Part shown: piece by piece, positions 9,508 to 20,148 of the stretch | Layout of the letters: every line of letters begins with the position of its first letter | Numbering within the stretch: the stretch's first letter is position 1 | DNA from: an uncultured Candidatus Rokubacteria bacterium | Lineage (GTDB): Bacteria; Methylomirabilota; Methylomirabilia; Rokubacteriales; DASRDR01 | NCBI GenBank assembly: GCA_963805625.1 | Contig: CAWDVE010000004.1 | Location: forward strand, 96,001 to 160,000 | DNA: 64,000 bases | Reading direction: 5' to 3' | The notes under the pieces: model-generated | Databases searched by the model: none | Seen by the model: the letters and a program-made list of their open reading frames with translations, nothing else | Told to the model about the DNA's origin: nothing | Made by a program: the position numbers and the translations under genes

Positions 9508-10596
9508 TCAGTCCACCCAGTCGGCGACGAAGACGTTGAACTCGCGGGGTTGGGCCGCGCCGCGGCTCGAGCAGAAGACCAGGCGGCGGCCGTCGGGGGA
9601 GAACATGGGAAACGCGGCGAACGACTCCGTGTAGGTGAGGCGCTCGAGCCCGCGCCCGTCACGCCGGATCAGATACAGCGCGAAGTCGAACCGGCCCGGA
9701 TCGTGGAGGTTCGACGAGAAGACGATCCGCTCGCCGTCGGGGTGGAGGAAGGGCGCCCAGTTCGCCGCCCCGTTGGACGTGACCTGGCGCGCTCCGATGC
9801 CGTCGGCGGCCATCACGAAGAGCTCTGCCCGGGTCGGACGGACGAGGCCCTGTCCCAGGAGCGTCCGGTACTCGCCGAGCTCGGCCGGGTCGGTGGGGTG
9901 CCATCCGCGCCAGACGATGTCCCTGCCGTCCCAGGAGAAGAAGGGGCCGCCGTCGTAGCCGGGCCGGTCCGTGAGCCGCCGCACGTTCCCGCCGTCGGCG
10001 TCGGCAACGTAGAGGTCGAGGTCTCCATCGCGTATCGACGTGAAGACGATCCGCCCATCGGGCGCGATCGTCCCCTCCGCGTCGTAGCCGGGGGAGGCGG
10101 TGAGCCGGCGGAGATCGCTCCCGTCGTCGGCGCACGTGTAGAGGTCGTAGTCGTAGAGCGGCCACACGTAGCCGCGCGAGCGGTCCGGCGCGGGCGGGCA
10201 GTCCGCCCCTCCGTGATGCGTCGAGGCGTAGAGGAGCCGCGGCCCGTCCGGGAAGAAGAACCCGCACGTCGTGCGCCCGCGGCCGGTGGAGACGAGCCGC
10301 GCGTCGCTCCCGTCCGCGCCCATCGTGAAGATCTGATCGCAGCCGAAGGGCGGCCGCGTCGACTGGAAGACCAGCCGGGTCCCGCTGCGATCCCAGTACG
10401 CCTCGGCGTTCTGGCCGCCGAAGGTGAGCTGGCGGAGGCCGGCGAGGTGGCGCTCGCGCGGATCGCCCGGCGGCGCGGCGCGGACGGTCTGGGCGCGCGC
10501 CCGCCGGGCCGCCACGTGCTCCCGCAGGACGGCCGCCGCCCCGGTGAGACCGAGGCGCAGGATCGCGCGACGATCGAGAGATCGGCTCAGCAGCAC
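9508..10596 (-). CDS. TolB-like PD40 beta-propeller protein, possible Tat substrate
   Basis: QLTFGGQNAEAY, CDQIF, GRTTCGFF, GYDAEGT, GYDGGPFFS, ANWAPF; N-terminal LDRRAILRLG; start approximate. Confidence 0.85.
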   Translation of the reverse strand: MLLSRSLDRRAILRLGLTGAAAVLREHVAARRARAQTVRAAPPGDPRERHLAGLRQLTFGGQNAEAYWDRSGTRLVFQSTRPPFGCDQIFTMGADGSDARLVSTGRGRTTCGFFFPDGPRLLYASTHHGGADCPPAPDRSRGYVWPLYDYDLYTCADDGSDLRRLTASPGYDAEGTIAPDGRIVFTSIRDGDLDLYVADADGGNVRRLTDRPGYDGGPFFSWDGRDIVWRGWHPTDPAELGEYRTLLGQGLVRPTRAELFVMAADGIGARQVTSNGAANWAPFLHPDGERIVFSSNLHDPGRFDFALYLIRRDGRGLERLTYTESFAAFPMFSPDGRRLVFCSSRGAAQPREFNVFVADWVD

Positions 10597-10627
10597 CGGC
10601 CGGCCACGCGCGTCGGATCCCCGGCGG

Positions 10628-12499
10628 TCATCGTCGCTCCTCCAGCGTCGCCTGGGCGGCTCGCTCGGCCCCGTCGCGGACGTAGCTGACCTCGACGGCG
10701 TCACCCGGCCGCCGGCTTCGGAGGGCGAACACGAGGTCGTCGAGCGTCCGGACGGTGACTCCGGCGAAGCGCACGATGACGTCTCCCGCCTGGAGCCCCG
10801 CCCGGTCCGCGGGACTGCCGGGGCGGACGCCGCCGAGGCGCACCCCGGGGTGAGGCGACTCGCCGAAGTCGGGGACCGCCCCGAAGTAGGGCCCGTAGCT
10901 GGTGGCCCCGGCGCCCGCACGCGGCGGGCCCCCGGGCACGCGGACGAACGTTGGTCGATCGCCCCGATCGGCCAGCGCGCGGACGACTCGGTAGGCGACC
11001 GTGGTGACCGTCCGGAGCCCGTCGGCGTCGATCTTGTCCCAGGTGTCGCTCGGACGGTGGTAGTCGGCGTGCGGTCCCGTGAAGAAGAAGACGATGGGAC
11101 GCTCGCGGTTGAGGAAGGCCGTGTGATCGGACGGCCCCACGCCGTCGCCGCGCAGGACCAGCTGCGCCGGCAGCCCTTGGCCGGCCTGCTCCACCAGAGC
11201 GCGGAGCCCCTGTCCCGTGTCGACGCCCATGACGTGTAGCCGGCCGTCGCGGAGCCGGCCCACGCTGTCGAGGTTGACCATTGCCACGGTGCGGTCGAGG
11301 GGGATCGCCGGCTGGCCCACGTAGTGCGTCGAGCCGAGGAGACCGAGCTCCTCGCCGGAGAACGCGACGACGACCACGCTCCGGCGCGCGGCGCCGCTCC
11401 GGGTCAGCGTCTCGGCGAGTCCGAGGAGCGCAGCCGTGCCTGAGGCGTTGTCATCCGCGCCCGGGTGAATCGCGTCACCGCGCTCTGGCGCCAGCGAGAA
11501 CGGGCTGCCCCGGCCGAGGTGATCGTAATGGGCGCCGATCACGACGGCCTCGGCGGCGAGGGCCGGATCTGTGCCGGGCAGGATGCCCACGACATTCGCG
11601 GTCGTCCCTCGGTCGCGGAGAAGTGCCGAACGGATCCGTGCCCGCACGCCGGGTAGCGCGCGTGACACGGGCGCGCCCGTCCGGTCGATCTGGGCGCGGA
11701 GGCCCGCCAGGTCGCGCCCGGCCGGGATCAGCAGCGCGTCGGCGACCTCGCGCCGGACCGAGATCGCGACGATTCCCCAGGACGGCGTGGTGCCACGGAG
11801 CGCCGTCAGCCGGTCTCCGCGGCCCGGATTCTCGACGACGATCACGGCGGCGGCGCCGTGCTCGCGGGCGTTCAGGACCTTGTGGCGAAGCTCGGTGTAG
11901 TGGAAGTGCTCGGCCGGGCGGAACGGTCCCCGGGGATCCGTCTCGCGCGGCTCCCCGGTCATCACCAGGACGACCGTGCCGCGGACGTCGAGGCCCGCAT
12001 AGTCGTCGTAGCCGAGCGGAGGCGCGGTGATCCCGTAACCGGCGAAGGCCACGTCACTTGCGACGTCCCCGTCCGCCGAGAACGTGAACGGCAGAAAGTC
12101 CGTCCCCCCGGCAAACGCCCGCGGCGCGGCACCCGGCGCCGTCACGTCGATCGTGGCGCCGGCGGCAAGACGCACGCCCGTCAGCACGTCGAAGTGCTGC
12201 AGGAATCCGCCGGCATCACCGGCGGGGCGCAGTCCGAGGCGCAGGAACTCGGCGACGAGGTAGGCCGCCGCGCGGTCCGCCGCCGGCATGCCGGCCGCGC
12301 GGCCTTCCATGGCCGGGTCGCTCAGGTCCCGGACCCACCCGACGAGCCGCGCCGGCTCGGGCACGGGCTCGGCGGCGCGAGCCCAGCCTGGCGCCGCGGC
12401 GGTCGACGCGAGCGCGAGCGCGAGGGCGAGGAGGAGGCGGGTGCCCGCCCTACCGCGGCAGGTCGATGCTCCGGAACGCCTCGGCGTAGGTGTACCCAT
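10628..12499 (-). CDS. M28 family peptidase with PA and C-terminal PDZ domains
   Basis: Signal peptide; GAHYDHLG, GADDNASG, FSGEELGLLGS, NLDSVGRL, SDH, HADYHRPSD; PDZ GSPADRAGLQAGDVI; start uncertain. Confidence 0.92.
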   Translation of the reverse strand: MGTPTPRRSGASTCRGRAGTRLLLALALALASTAAAPGWARAAEPVPEPARLVGWVRDLSDPAMEGRAAGMPAADRAAAYLVAEFLRLGLRPAGDAGGFLQHFDVLTGVRLAAGATIDVTAPGAAPRAFAGGTDFLPFTFSADGDVASDVAFAGYGITAPPLGYDDYAGLDVRGTVVLVMTGEPRETDPRGPFRPAEHFHYTELRHKVLNAREHGAAAVIVVENPGRGDRLTALRGTTPSWGIVAISVRREVADALLIPAGRDLAGLRAQIDRTGAPVSRALPGVRARIRSALLRDRGTTANVVGILPGTDPALAAEAVVIGAHYDHLGRGSPFSLAPERGDAIHPGADDNASGTAALLGLAETLTRSGAARRSVVVVAFSGEELGLLGSTHYVGQPAIPLDRTVAMVNLDSVGRLRDGRLHVMGVDTGQGLRALVEQAGQGLPAQLVLRGDGVGPSDHTAFLNRERPIVFFFTGPHADYHRPSDTWDKIDADGLRTVTTVAYRVVRALADRGDRPTFVRVPGGPPRAGAGATSYGPYFGAVPDFGESPHPGVRLGGVRPGSPADRAGLQAGDVIVRFAGVTVRTLDDLVFALRSRRPGDAVEVSYVRDGAERAAQATLEERR

Positions 12500-13148
12500 G
12501 CGGCTTGCCGAGGTCAGCCGCGCGCTCGCGGACCCGGCCCTCGGCGCCGGCGAAGTCCCGGAGCTGGCTCGCGTGGCATCTGAGCGCCTCGAGCTTCCGG
12601 TCCATGGTTCCCGTGATGTCGAGGACGACGTCCGGCTCCTCGTGGCCCATGAGGTAGACCTCGCGCACCCTGTGGGGCTCGAATCCCTCGGCGAGCAGCT
12701 CGGGGAAGTGCATCCGGTCTCGGGCGTAGGGATAGACGGCGTCGAGCGCGAGGCGGCCCGCGTGGCGGTGGTCGCGGTGGCCCGAGTAGGGATTCAGGCT
12801 CGGGAACGGGTTCTGGGTCACGATCCGGTCGGGACGGGTCCGACGGATCTCACGGATGACGTCCCGCCGGGCCTCGCGGGTGTCCTCGACCTCGCCGTCG
12901 GGATAGCCAAGAAAGGCGACATCCCTCACGCCGAGGACGCGCGCCGCTGCGCGCTGCTCGGCCTCGCGCACCGCGGCCAGGCGCTCCGACGTCATCGCGG
13001 GGTCGTCCGAGCCGCGGTTGCCGCTGGTGAGGAGGCAGTAGAAGACCTCGCACCCGTCCGCGACCCAGCGCGCGACGCTGCCGGCGCATCCGAACTCCGC
13101 GTCATCAGGATGGGCCACGACCACCAGGATTCGCCGGACGTCGGCCAT
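12450..13148 (-). CDS. PIG-L family deacetylase
   Basis: AHPDDAEFG, REAEQRAAA, GYPDG, HRDH. Confidence 0.92.
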   Translation of the reverse strand: MADVRRILVVVAHPDDAEFGCAGSVARWVADGCEVFYCLLTSGNRGSDDPAMTSERLAAVREAEQRAAARVLGVRDVAFLGYPDGEVEDTREARRDVIREIRRTRPDRIVTQNPFPSLNPYSGHRDHRHAGRLALDAVYPYARDRMHFPELLAEGFEPHRVREVYLMGHEEPDVVLDITGTMDRKLEALRCHASQLRDFAGAEGRVRERAADLGKPHGYTYAEAFRSIDLPR

Positions 13149-13290
13149 GAGCGCTCCCGTGCGTGAGATATGCCGCTGCCGAATCACTCTACCATGTGGC
13201 CTCCAAGGGTCGGGGCGGTCCCCCAAGGCCCGGGTGGATGCCGAGGAATCCACCGCGCGCGCGGAGTACACTGAGCCCCGGCGGGAGGAG

Positions 13291-14403
13291 GTGAGGCGCT
13301 TGTTGGAGTCAGTCCTCGTCGCGGGCGGTGCTGGGTTCATCGGCTCGAACTTCGTCCGGCTCCTGCTCGCTCGCACGGACGCGCGGGTCGTGGTCCTCGA
13401 TCGCCTCACCTACGCGGGCAACCTGGCGAGCCTCGCAGACGTGCGGGCGCACCCCCGCTTTTCGTTCGTCCAGGGCAACATCGCGGATCGCGCGGCCGTG
13501 GCGGCCCTCCTCGAGAAGCACCGCCCGGATGCGATCGTCAACCTGGCCGCCGAGACCCACGTCGACCGCTCGATCGACGGCCCTCGGGCGTTCGTCGAGA
13601 CGAACCTGGTGGGCACGTTCGAGCTCCTGGACGCGGCACGCCAGCACCTCGAGATGCTCGAGCCCGCGCGCCGGGCCCACTTCCGGTTCCTGCACGTCTC
13701 CACCGACGAGGTGTACGGCTCCCTTGGACCCTCGGGGCGGTTCGCCGAGGCGAGCCCGTACGCTCCCAACTCGCCGTACGCCGCCTCGAAGGCGGGGGCC
13801 GACCACCTCGTGCGGGCGTATCACGAGACCTACCGGCTCCCGACGCTCATCACCAACTGCTCGAACAACTACGGACCCTTTCAGTACCCGGAGAAGCTCA
13901 TCCCCCTCATGACGCTCAACGCCGTCGAGGGCCGGCCGCTGCCGATCTACGGGGACGGCGGCAACGTGCGCGACTGGCTGCACGTCGAGGACCACTGCAC
14001 GGCGCTGCTCCTGGTCCTGCGGCATGGCGTTCCGGGCGGCCGGTACAACGTGGGCGCGGGAGACGAGCGGACGAACCTCGAGATCGTGGACGGGATCTGT
14101 GCAGCTCTCGAGTCGATCCGGCCGGCGGCGGAGAACCCTGCGCTGACCGGGCGCGGCCTCGCACGCTACGCGGATCTCCGAACGTTCGTCCCCGACCGCC
14201 CCGGCCACGACCGTCGCTACGCCGTCGACGCGACCCGGCTCACGACCGAGCTCGGCTGGCGCGTGGCGCATCGATTCCAGGACGGGCTCCGCGCCACCGT
14301 GGCCTGGTATCTCGAGCACCGCGAGTGGTGCCAAACGGTGCTGGCCGGCAAATACGGGCGGGAGCGCCTCGGCCTGGGCGAGACGGGGCCCACCCGCACC
14401 TGA
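13291..14403 (+). CDS. rfbB: dTDP-glucose 4,6-dehydratase
   Basis: GGAGFIGSNF, LTYAGN, AAETHVDRSI, HVSTDEVYG, YAASKA, NCSNNYGP, DRPGHDRRYA. Confidence 0.96.
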   Translation: MRRLLESVLVAGGAGFIGSNFVRLLLARTDARVVVLDRLTYAGNLASLADVRAHPRFSFVQGNIADRAAVAALLEKHRPDAIVNLAAETHVDRSIDGPRAFVETNLVGTFELLDAARQHLEMLEPARRAHFRFLHVSTDEVYGSLGPSGRFAEASPYAPNSPYAASKAGADHLVRAYHETYRLPTLITNCSNNYGPFQYPEKLIPLMTLNAVEGRPLPIYGDGGNVRDWLHVEDHCTALLLVLRHGVPGGRYNVGAGDERTNLEIVDGICAALESIRPAAENPALTGRGLARYADLRTFVPDRPGHDRRYAVDATRLTTELGWRVAHRFQDGLRATVAWYLEHREWCQTVLAGKYGRERLGLGETGPTRT

Positions 14404-14512
14404 GCGCAGCACCGTCCCGACGCGGATCGGGATCTTGGGCGCCCGACTCCTCTAACCACGTTTGGTTGGATCGGCGCCCGGCGCTCGTGGGATCCCCCGT
14501 CCCGCGCTTTTC

Positions 14513-14542
14513 TTGACTGAAGGTATAACCCTGGTTTAACAT
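14513..14542 (+). promoter_or_regulatory. Putative sigma70 promoter in an AT-rich patch upstream of the IclR gene
   Basis: TTGACT-N18-TAACAT. Confidence 0.5.
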
Positions 14543-14567
14543 TATTGCTCGACTTCTGTTTGGTCTC

Positions 14568-15374
14568 ATGAAGAAAGCCAAGTCCGACTATCTAATCCAG
14601 TCCGTCAGCCGGGCGCTCGACATCCTCGAGGCGTTCACGCCCAACGAGGGCGAGCTCGGGGTGACGGAGCTGTCGCGCCGTCTGAAGCTCCACAAGAACA
14701 ACGTCTTCCGTCTGCTCGCGACGCTCGAGACGCGGGGATACGTCGAGCAAGACAAGGAGAGCGGCAACTACCGGCTCGGCATGAAGACCTTCGAGGTGGC
14801 GAACATCTTCACGCACCACTTGGGGCTCGTTCGCCAGGCGCACCCGGTCCTCGATCAGCTCGCTCAGGCGACCGGCGAGGCGGCCTATCTCGGGGTGCTG
14901 GATGGACCCTCGGTCGTGTGCGTCGACATGGTGGACACCACGCAGCCGGTCCGGGTCGTGCCGCATCTCGGGCGGCGCTTGCCCGCGCACGCCGCGGCGC
15001 TCGGTAAGGCCCAGCTGGCGTTCCGCTCACGCGAGGAGCGCGAGGAGATGTGGAAGCGCGGCGCGCTCGCGAGCGCGACGGCTCGGACTCTCGTCGAGCC
15101 CTCGCGGCTGGCCGAGGAGCTGATCCGCGTGGCCGAGCGGGAATGGGCCCTCGAGGACGAGGAGCTCGAGCCGGGTGTCCGGGGCCTCGCCGCGCCAATC
15201 CGCGACTATGCCAGGCGGGTGGTGGGAGCCATCGGCCTGCGCGGGCCGGCCTTCCGGCTGCCGCTCGAGCGCCTCGAGACCGAGCTCGCCCCACGAGTCC
15301 GCGCCGCCGCCCGGGACGTGTCCAAGCGCCTCGGCTATTCCGTCGTCGCTGCCACCGCTACCACCGCCGATTGA
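14568..15374 (+). CDS. IclR family transcriptional regulator
   Basis: IQSVSRALDILE, HTH GVTELSRRLKLHKNNVFRLLATLE, HAAALGKA, DEELEPGVRGLAAPI. Confidence 0.93.
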   Translation: MKKAKSDYLIQSVSRALDILEAFTPNEGELGVTELSRRLKLHKNNVFRLLATLETRGYVEQDKESGNYRLGMKTFEVANIFTHHLGLVRQAHPVLDQLAQATGEAAYLGVLDGPSVVCVDMVDTTQPVRVVPHLGRRLPAHAAALGKAQLAFRSREEREEMWKRGALASATARTLVEPSRLAEELIRVAEREWALEDEELEPGVRGLAAPIRDYARRVVGAIGLRGPAFRLPLERLETELAPRVRAAARDVSKRLGYSVVAATATTAD

Positions 15375-15405
15375 CCGTCGTGGCGCCGGACGCGAGCGGG
15401 CGGCG

Positions 15406-17286
15406 GTGACGGAGCCCGCTGCCGGCGCCGTTCGCGACGACCGCCGCCTGTTCCGCCGCTCCCGGCGCCGCGTCCTTGCGGCGAGTGGCACGACCGTTGT
15501 GGCCCTTGCCGGGCTGGCCGCCCTCTTCGTCGCGCCGAACCGTCTCGCGAGTCTTCGGCTCGGCGACCTCGCGCTCGCGTGGTGGGTGGCCGGAGCCGTC
15601 GCACTCATCGGGCTCGTGACGCTCAGCCGCGGGTTCCGGGAGATCGGCACGCTGACGGCTCCCGGGGGAATGTCGCGGCTCACACCGCTCGCGCTCGCTG
15701 CGGTCTGGAGCTCTCCTGCGCTGTGGCTTGGGCTGCCGCCCCTGTTGCTCGCGGATGGCACGCGGGGACTCTGGGCGCCGGCCGTGGTCATCGGCGGCAC
15801 CGTCGTCGCCCTCCTCGTCCTGGGGACGGCCTGGAGTCGCACCGGGGGCCTCATGGTGCCGGCGTCGGTGCTGGCGCAATCGCGCTGGCCGGGCGCCCAC
15901 GGCTGCCACGCCCTCCTCGGGTCGATCGAGACGATCGTCGCGGGCCTGTTCGTCTGGGCCCAGCTTGCGGCCGTGCGCGAGATCGGCGCGATGGCTGGCT
16001 GGCCGCGCGCCACGACGATCGGGATCACGCTCCTGATCATCGGGGCGCTGCTGCTCCCCGAGCTCTCCCGCTTCCGGCTGACGGCGCTGGGCGGAGGCCT
16101 CGCGCTCGCAGGACTCGCCGTGCCCCTCGTCGTGATCGCGCTCGGCACCACCACGGCGTGGCCCCAGGTCTGGAGCGCGGTGGCCTCTCGCCCCCGGATC
16201 GGGTTCGGGGAGGCCAGCCGATGGACGGTGGAGGGCGGGGCGGTGCTGGGGCCGGCCACGACCCTGATGCTCACGTTCGCCGACGAGCAGCGCGTCACCT
16301 TCGCCGCCCGTGGATCGGTCATCGTGGAGCCCCGCGAGGGCGGTCGTCTCGCGCGTGACGTCGAGCCGGGCGAGGAGGTCGCCCTCCACCCGGGCGACCG
16401 GCTCGTCGTCCCCGCAGGTCTCCGGCTTCGGTTCGAGGCCGGGCGGCGGGTGCCCGATGCGCCGGACTCCGGACCCGAGTGGCTCGAGCCGCCGTCGCGG
16501 GCGGTCGGCGGGCTCTGGCTCATGGCCCTGGGCGTGACGGGCTTTCTCGGAGCGCTCGGCCTGCCGACCGGTACGACTCCCGTGGGTGCGGGCCGGCTAT
16601 CGCCGGGGCGAGGCGCCCGGCTGGCCGCGATCTTGGTGACTGCGGGCGTGGCGCTCGCGGTGGGGTGGAGTCTCTACGCCGCCTGGCTGACGCCCGAGGT
16701 CTACGTGGGCGGCGTCACCGGGGCCGAGGTCTACGCGCTCCCCGAGAGCATGCCGGGGCCGAGAGGATCGGGATACCTGCTGACCTGGCTCCTCTTTGGG
16801 GGTCTCGCGGTCGGGGGAGCGGCGGCCGCGCTGGGGAGCCTCCGGGGACGTCAGGTGGCCGCCGGGTGGCCACGACGCCTCGCGGTCGTTCTCGTCGCGA
16901 GCGCCGGCACGCTGGTGGGCCTGGTTCCCGTGGGGGCGTGGACGCTCCTTCTCGCGACGCTCGGTCTCGCCGCGTCCGCGCTTGCGCCCGCCGCGGTGCT
17001 GGCCTGCTGGAGTGAGCGCGCCAGCGCGCGGAGCGCCTCAGGGGGAACCGGGGCCGGGCTGCTGGTGTTCCTGCTCCTGGCCCTCGGCGGCGCGGCGAGC
17101 CAGGGGAGCCTCGGAGAAGGGTGGGGGAGCGTTGCCGCGGCGGCGCCCGCGGCCGTCGCCGCGCCGGTCCACCTCCTGGTCGCCTGGTTCCTGCGCTCGC
17201 GAGGGATGTCCTCCGGGCGGAGCCCGCTTCCTCCCGGCCTCGAGGGGCTCTCGACCGGGCTGCCGGCGCGGTCGCGGGCGAGCTGA
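15406..17286 (+). CDS. Divergent multi-pass membrane protein, sodium:solute symporter-like, with a DUF4212/DUF485-like N-terminus
   Basis: Many hydrophobic helices; C-terminal [28 protein letters not shown] resembles SSS/ActP transporters; start approximate. Confidence 0.55.
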   Translation: MTEPAAGAVRDDRRLFRRSRRRVLAASGTTVVALAGLAALFVAPNRLASLRLGDLALAWWVAGAVALIGLVTLSRGFREIGTLTAPGGMSRLTPLALAAVWSSPALWLGLPPLLLADGTRGLWAPAVVIGGTVVALLVLGTAWSRTGGLMVPASVLAQSRWPGAHGCHALLGSIETIVAGLFVWAQLAAVREIGAMAGWPRATTIGITLLIIGALLLPELSRFRLTALGGGLALAGLAVPLVVIALGTTTAWPQVWSAVASRPRIGFGEASRWTVEGGAVLGPATTLMLTFADEQRVTFAARGSVIVEPREGGRLARDVEPGEEVALHPGDRLVVPAGLRLRFEAGRRVPDAPDSGPEWLEPPSRAVGGLWLMALGVTGFLGALGLPTGTTPVGAGRLSPGRGARLAAILVTAGVALAVGWSLYAAWLTPEVYVGGVTGAEVYALPESMPGPRGSGYLLTWLLFGGLAVGGAAAALGSLRGRQVAAGWPRRLAVVLVASAGTLVGLVPVGAWTLLLATLGLAASALAPAAVLACWSERASARSASGGTGAGLLVFLLLALGGAASQGSLGEGWGSVAAAAPAAVAAPVHLLVAWFLRSRGMSSGRSPLPPGLEGLSTGLPARSRAS

Positions 17287-17363
17287 GGACGCTCGGGGAG
17301 CAGCGCCGGGTCCCGCGCGGTTGCGTTCGCGCGGAGCGTCGGCAAGAATGGATCGTCACCACC

Positions 17364-20141
17364 ATGGCCAGCGACCGCATCGTCATCCGCGGGGCCCGCG
17401 AGCACAACCTCAAGAACGTCGACCTCGAGATCCCCCGGGACCGGCTGGTCGTCATCACGGGGCTGTCCGGCTCGGGGAAGTCCACGCTCGCGTTCGACAC
17501 GATCTACGCCGAGGGCCAGCGCCGCTACGTCGAGAGTCTGTCGGCCTACGCCCGCCAGTTCCTGGAGCAGATGGAGAAGCCCGACGTCGACTCGATCGAG
17601 GGACTCTCCCCGGCGATCTCGATCGAGCAGAAGACGACGTCGAAGAACCCCCGCTCGACCGTTGGAACCGTCACGGAGATCTATGACTATCTCCGCGTCC
17701 TCTACGCCCGCATCGGAACGCCCCACTGCCCGCAGTGCGGCCAGGCCATCGCCGCCCAGACCGTGCAGCAGATGGTCGACCGCGTGCGGACCCTGCCGGA
17801 AGGCACCCGGGTCGTCGTCCTCGCCCCCGTTGTGCGGGGCCGCAAGGGCGAGTACCGGAAGCTCCTCTTCGACCTGCGCCGGCAGGGCTTCGGGCGCGTC
17901 CGGGTGAACGGGACCGTGCGGGATCTTGCCGAGGAGATCGAGCTCGACAAGAACAAGAAGCACACGATCGAGGTGGTCGTCGACCGTCTGGTCATCCGTG
18001 ATTCGGGCGCGGCGCGCCTCGCCGACTCCCTCGAGACGGCCCTCCGGCTCGCGGAGGGAGTGGTCGTCGTCGAGGTCCCGGACGGCGGCCAGGCCTGGGT
18101 GTTCTCTGAGCGCCTGGCCTGCGTTCGATGCGGCATCTCGTTCCCCGAGGTCTCGCCGCGGATGTTCTCTTTCAACAATCCGTTCGGCGCGTGCCCCGCT
18201 TGCGGGGGCCTCGGGACCCGGCTCGAGCTCGACCCCGATCTCGTCGTGCCGGACCCGCGGAAGTCGCTGGCCAAGGGGGCGCTCGCGCCCTGGGCCGGAC
18301 GGGAATCCGTCTACTTCCGGCAGACCCTCGCGGTGCTCGCGCGGAAGCGCCGCTTCAGCCTGGAGACTCCCTGGAAGGAGCTCTCGAAGGCGACACGGGA
18401 GCTGATCCTCCGGGGCACCGGCGAGGATGGAGGTTTCGACGGCGTGCTCGGCGGCCTCGAGCGACGGTACAAGGAGACGACCTCCGAGGACACCCGGGTC
18501 GAGATCGAGCGCTACATGGCCGAGCGCCCATGCCCCACCTGCGGGGGGGGCCGCCTCCGGCCCGAGAGTCTCGCGGTCCGCGTGGGCGGGCGCCCGATCC
18601 ACCAGGTGTGCGCGCTCACGATCAAGGAGGCCGGCGTCTTCTTCGACGGGCTCGCCCTCGGCGAGCGCGAGCAGGCGATCGCCCGCCGCGTCCTCAAGGA
18701 GATCCGCGAGCGGCTCGGCTTCCTCCAGAACGTGGGCCTCGAGTACCTCACCCTCGACCGGGCGGCCGGCACGTTGTCGGGAGGCGAGGGGCAGCGGATC
18801 CGCCTGGCGACGCAGATCGGATCGAGCCTCGTCGGCGTCCTCTACATCCTCGACGAGCCGTCGATCGGTCTCCACCAGCGGGACAACCGACGCCTCCTCG
18901 ACACGCTCCTCCGGCTCCGGGACCTCGGGAACACGGTCCTGGTCGTCGAGCACGACGAGGAGACGATCCGGGCGGCCGACCACGTGATCGACCTCGGTCC
19001 AGGCGCCGGGGAACTGGGAGGCTACGTCGTCGCCACCGGCACTCCCGGCGAAATCATGGCGGACCAGAAGTCGCTGACGGGGCGCTACCTGTCCCGCGAG
19101 CTCTCGATCCCGGTCCCGGCCGCGCGCCGCCCCGGCACCGGCAAGGTCCTGACGGTCCACGGGGCCCGTGAGCACAACCTCAAGAGCATGCCGGTTCGCA
19201 TCCCGCTGGGGACGTTCACCTGCGTCACGGGCGTGTCCGGCTCCGGGAAGTCCACCCTCGTCAACGACATCCTCTACCGCGCCCTGGCTCAGGTCTTCCA
19301 CCGGGCGCAGGAGCGGCCTGGCGCGCACGACCGCATCGAGGGCATGCAGCATCTCGACAAGGTCATCAACATCGACCAGTCGCCGATCGGCCGCACACCG
19401 CGCTCCAACCCGGCCACGTACACGGGCGTCTTCGCGTTCATCCGGGCGCTGTTCGCGCGGACCCCCGACGCGCGGGCGCGCGGCTACGCGCCGGGGCGCT
19501 TCTCGTTCAACGTCAAGGGCGGCCGGTGCGAGGCGTGCCAGGGCGACGGGCTGGTGAAGATCGAGATGCACTTTCTCCCCGACGTGTACGTGACGTGCGA
19601 GGTGTGCAAGGGCAAGCGCTACAACCGGGAGACGCTCGAGATCCGCTACAAGGGCCGGAACATCGCGGAGGTCCTGGAGATGACCGTGCGGGAGGCGCTC
19701 GCCTTCTTCGAGCCCGTTCCCGCCGTGCGCCAGAAGCTCCAGACCCTCCACGACGTCGGGCTCGAGTACATCCGGCTCGGGCAGGCCGCGACGACCCTCT
19801 CCGGCGGCGAGGCACAGCGGGTGAAGCTGTCCACCGAGCTCTCCCGCCGAGCGACGGGTCGCACGCTCTACATCCTCGACGAACCCACCACCGGCCTCCA
19901 CTTCGCCGACATCCAGCGGCTGCTCGACGTCCTGAACCAGCTGGTGGCCCAGGGGAACACCGTCGTGGTCATCGAGCACAACCTCGACGTCGTGAAGACC
20001 GCCGATCACATCGTCGACCTCGGGCCCGAGGGGGGCGAGGAGGGCGGCCGCGTTGTCGGGGCCGGCACTCCGGAGCAGCTCGCGGCGGAGGCCGGCACGT
20101 CGCACACCGGCCGCTTCCTGGCCCATGCCCTCCGCGCGTGA
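17364..20141 (+). CDS. uvrA: Excinuclease ABC subunit A
   Basis: [42 protein letters not shown], second ABC cassette [16 protein letters not shown], zinc fingers. Confidence 0.98.
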   Translation: MASDRIVIRGAREHNLKNVDLEIPRDRLVVITGLSGSGKSTLAFDTIYAEGQRRYVESLSAYARQFLEQMEKPDVDSIEGLSPAISIEQKTTSKNPRSTVGTVTEIYDYLRVLYARIGTPHCPQCGQAIAAQTVQQMVDRVRTLPEGTRVVVLAPVVRGRKGEYRKLLFDLRRQGFGRVRVNGTVRDLAEEIELDKNKKHTIEVVVDRLVIRDSGAARLADSLETALRLAEGVVVVEVPDGGQAWVFSERLACVRCGISFPEVSPRMFSFNNPFGACPACGGLGTRLELDPDLVVPDPRKSLAKGALAPWAGRESVYFRQTLAVLARKRRFSLETPWKELSKATRELILRGTGEDGGFDGVLGGLERRYKETTSEDTRVEIERYMAERPCPTCGGGRLRPESLAVRVGGRPIHQVCALTIKEAGVFFDGLALGEREQAIARRVLKEIRERLGFLQNVGLEYLTLDRAAGTLSGGEGQRIRLATQIGSSLVGVLYILDEPSIGLHQRDNRRLLDTLLRLRDLGNTVLVVEHDEETIRAADHVIDLGPGAGELGGYVVATGTPGEIMADQKSLTGRYLSRELSIPVPAARRPGTGKVLTVHGAREHNLKSMPVRIPLGTFTCVTGVSGSGKSTLVNDILYRALAQVFHRAQERPGAHDRIEGMQHLDKVINIDQSPIGRTPRSNPATYTGVFAFIRALFARTPDARARGYAPGRFSFNVKGGRCEACQGDGLVKIEMHFLPDVYVTCEVCKGKRYNRETLEIRYKGRNIAEVLEMTVREALAFFEPVPAVRQKLQTLHDVGLEYIRLGQAATTLSGGEAQRVKLSTELSRRATGRTLYILDEPTTGLHFADIQRLLDVLNQLVAQGNTVVVIEHNLDVVKTADHIVDLGPEGGEEGGRVVGAGTPEQLAAEAGTSHTGRFLAHALRA

Positions 20142-20148
20142 GAGGCGC

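Noticed and set aside
10587-10631. 14-aa minus-strand ORF MTAGDPTRVAGRCC overlapping the M28 stop and the PD40 start
   Set aside because: Too short to support; the in-frame GTG at 10596 explains the PD40 gene.
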